This document shows positions 63,130 through 64,000 of a DNA stretch of 64,000 nucleotides, one piece after another. The position numbers were made by a program, and so were the translations under genes. The notes beneath the pieces are model-generated. The model worked only from the letters and a program-made list of their open reading frames with translations, was not told the DNA's origin and ran no database searches. Source of the DNA: Euprymna scolopes (lineage: Eukaryota); assembly GCA_053919585.1 (NCBI GenBank), contig CM132803.1; one strand, written 5' to 3'. Position 1 is the stretch's first letter. Every line of letters begins with the position of its first letter.

Positions 63130-64000
63130 CATATGACACTGTTATGATTTCTGAGTCTTTGTACTATGCGAATGTACTTATAGTTCTGCCCAATTTAGTA
63201 TGAAGTGAGCCATATATATCCTTGTCTAGTGTAGTTTTGGTGCGGTTAAGTTTGGTGATTTAATCTCCAACGTCACTCTCCCTTTATCTTATTGTGCCCT
63301 GTATGGTGTCAGGTTCAAGGATATCAAAGTGAACATTTTTGGCATCAGATTAGTATGACTGTTCAATCTGTTAGGATCAGTATCTGATTCAGCAAGAATA
63401 GAGCTGCTCCATAGATCTGGGCAGCTGGATAGTACCTCGGGTGTTCTTTGATAACTGCCTTACAACCAAGAAGAACGACGTACAGTATTGGTCATGATAA
63501 GCATGCAATACTGCTTTCAATTGGTGATGGAATCGTTCTGTCATTATGTTAGAAGCTGGGTGATAGTTAGTTGTAAGGATGCGTTTGATCCCTTAAATCC
63601 TGGAAAGTTCCTAGAAGAGGTGGGATTCAACTTGTTTAGGGGCTTCAGGCTATTATGTGAATTGGTTTATACAGGTCAAGAGATAGGTAAATCCCTGACT
63701 GACCAGCCATGATCCAACCAGATCAGTATGAATACGGCTGAACCAAGTGTTTGAAGTGCTGAATGTTCTAAGTGCAAAGGTATATTTGTGAACCTTTGGT
63801 TTTTGGCAGGATACACCTGAACGTGTTAAGGCAGAGATATCACGCCTCATTGTTTCTGAAAAGTGTAGTTGAAATCAGTTTCATTGAGTCTTTGATTCCG
63901 GGTATACTAGGTTGTGTAGCATATTAAAAATAACCCTACAGTAAGTCATCAGAACAAAAGGGTGGGGTGAATCTATTGAAGTGCCACAGATAATTTGTGT
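63130..64000 (-). mobile_element. Degraded Gypsy (CsRn1-like) integrase
   Basis: LHNLVYPG..MRRDISALTRSGVSCQKPKVHK..IHTDLVG..SQGFTYLLTCINQFT..PEA; ERFHHQLK. Confidence 0.75.

Noticed and set aside
1-64000. Naming the host species
   Set aside because: The TE repertoire suggests a non-insect invertebrate, but nothing in the window is diagnostic without a database search.

Overview
Eukaryotic (almost certainly invertebrate animal) genomic DNA, AT-rich, with no recognisable conserved host gene. Bases 1 to ~45,700 are a dense, nested stack of transposable-element remnants: Gypsy/Mag/env-bearing Gypsy, Copia (copia-type and GalEa-like), BEL/Pao, CR1-like and R4/Dong-like LINEs, and a Tc1. About 20 of ~21 orientable insertions lie on the minus strand, which is the architecture expected of a flamenco-like uni-strand piRNA cluster transcribed on the plus strand (inference; an antisense-biased giant intron is the alternative). 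Several insertions are structurally complete, with LTR pairs, PBS, PPT and TSDs readable directly. Two are unusual: one has a tandem array of PBS/LTR junctions, and one has ~1-kb LTRs that begin at a purine tract inside its own protease gene. From ~45,700 the DNA is much more AT-rich and TE orientation is mixed: a decayed BEL/Pao (+), R4-like tails (+), a palindrome carrying two head-to-head hammerhead-ribozyme-like cores, a 5S-rRNA-derived fragment, a fold-back MITE, a Tc1/Tc3-like IR/DR element (+), CR1 and Gypsy fragments (-), and a speculative spliced minus-strand transcript. Family assignments come from motif recognition by eye; no database searches were run.
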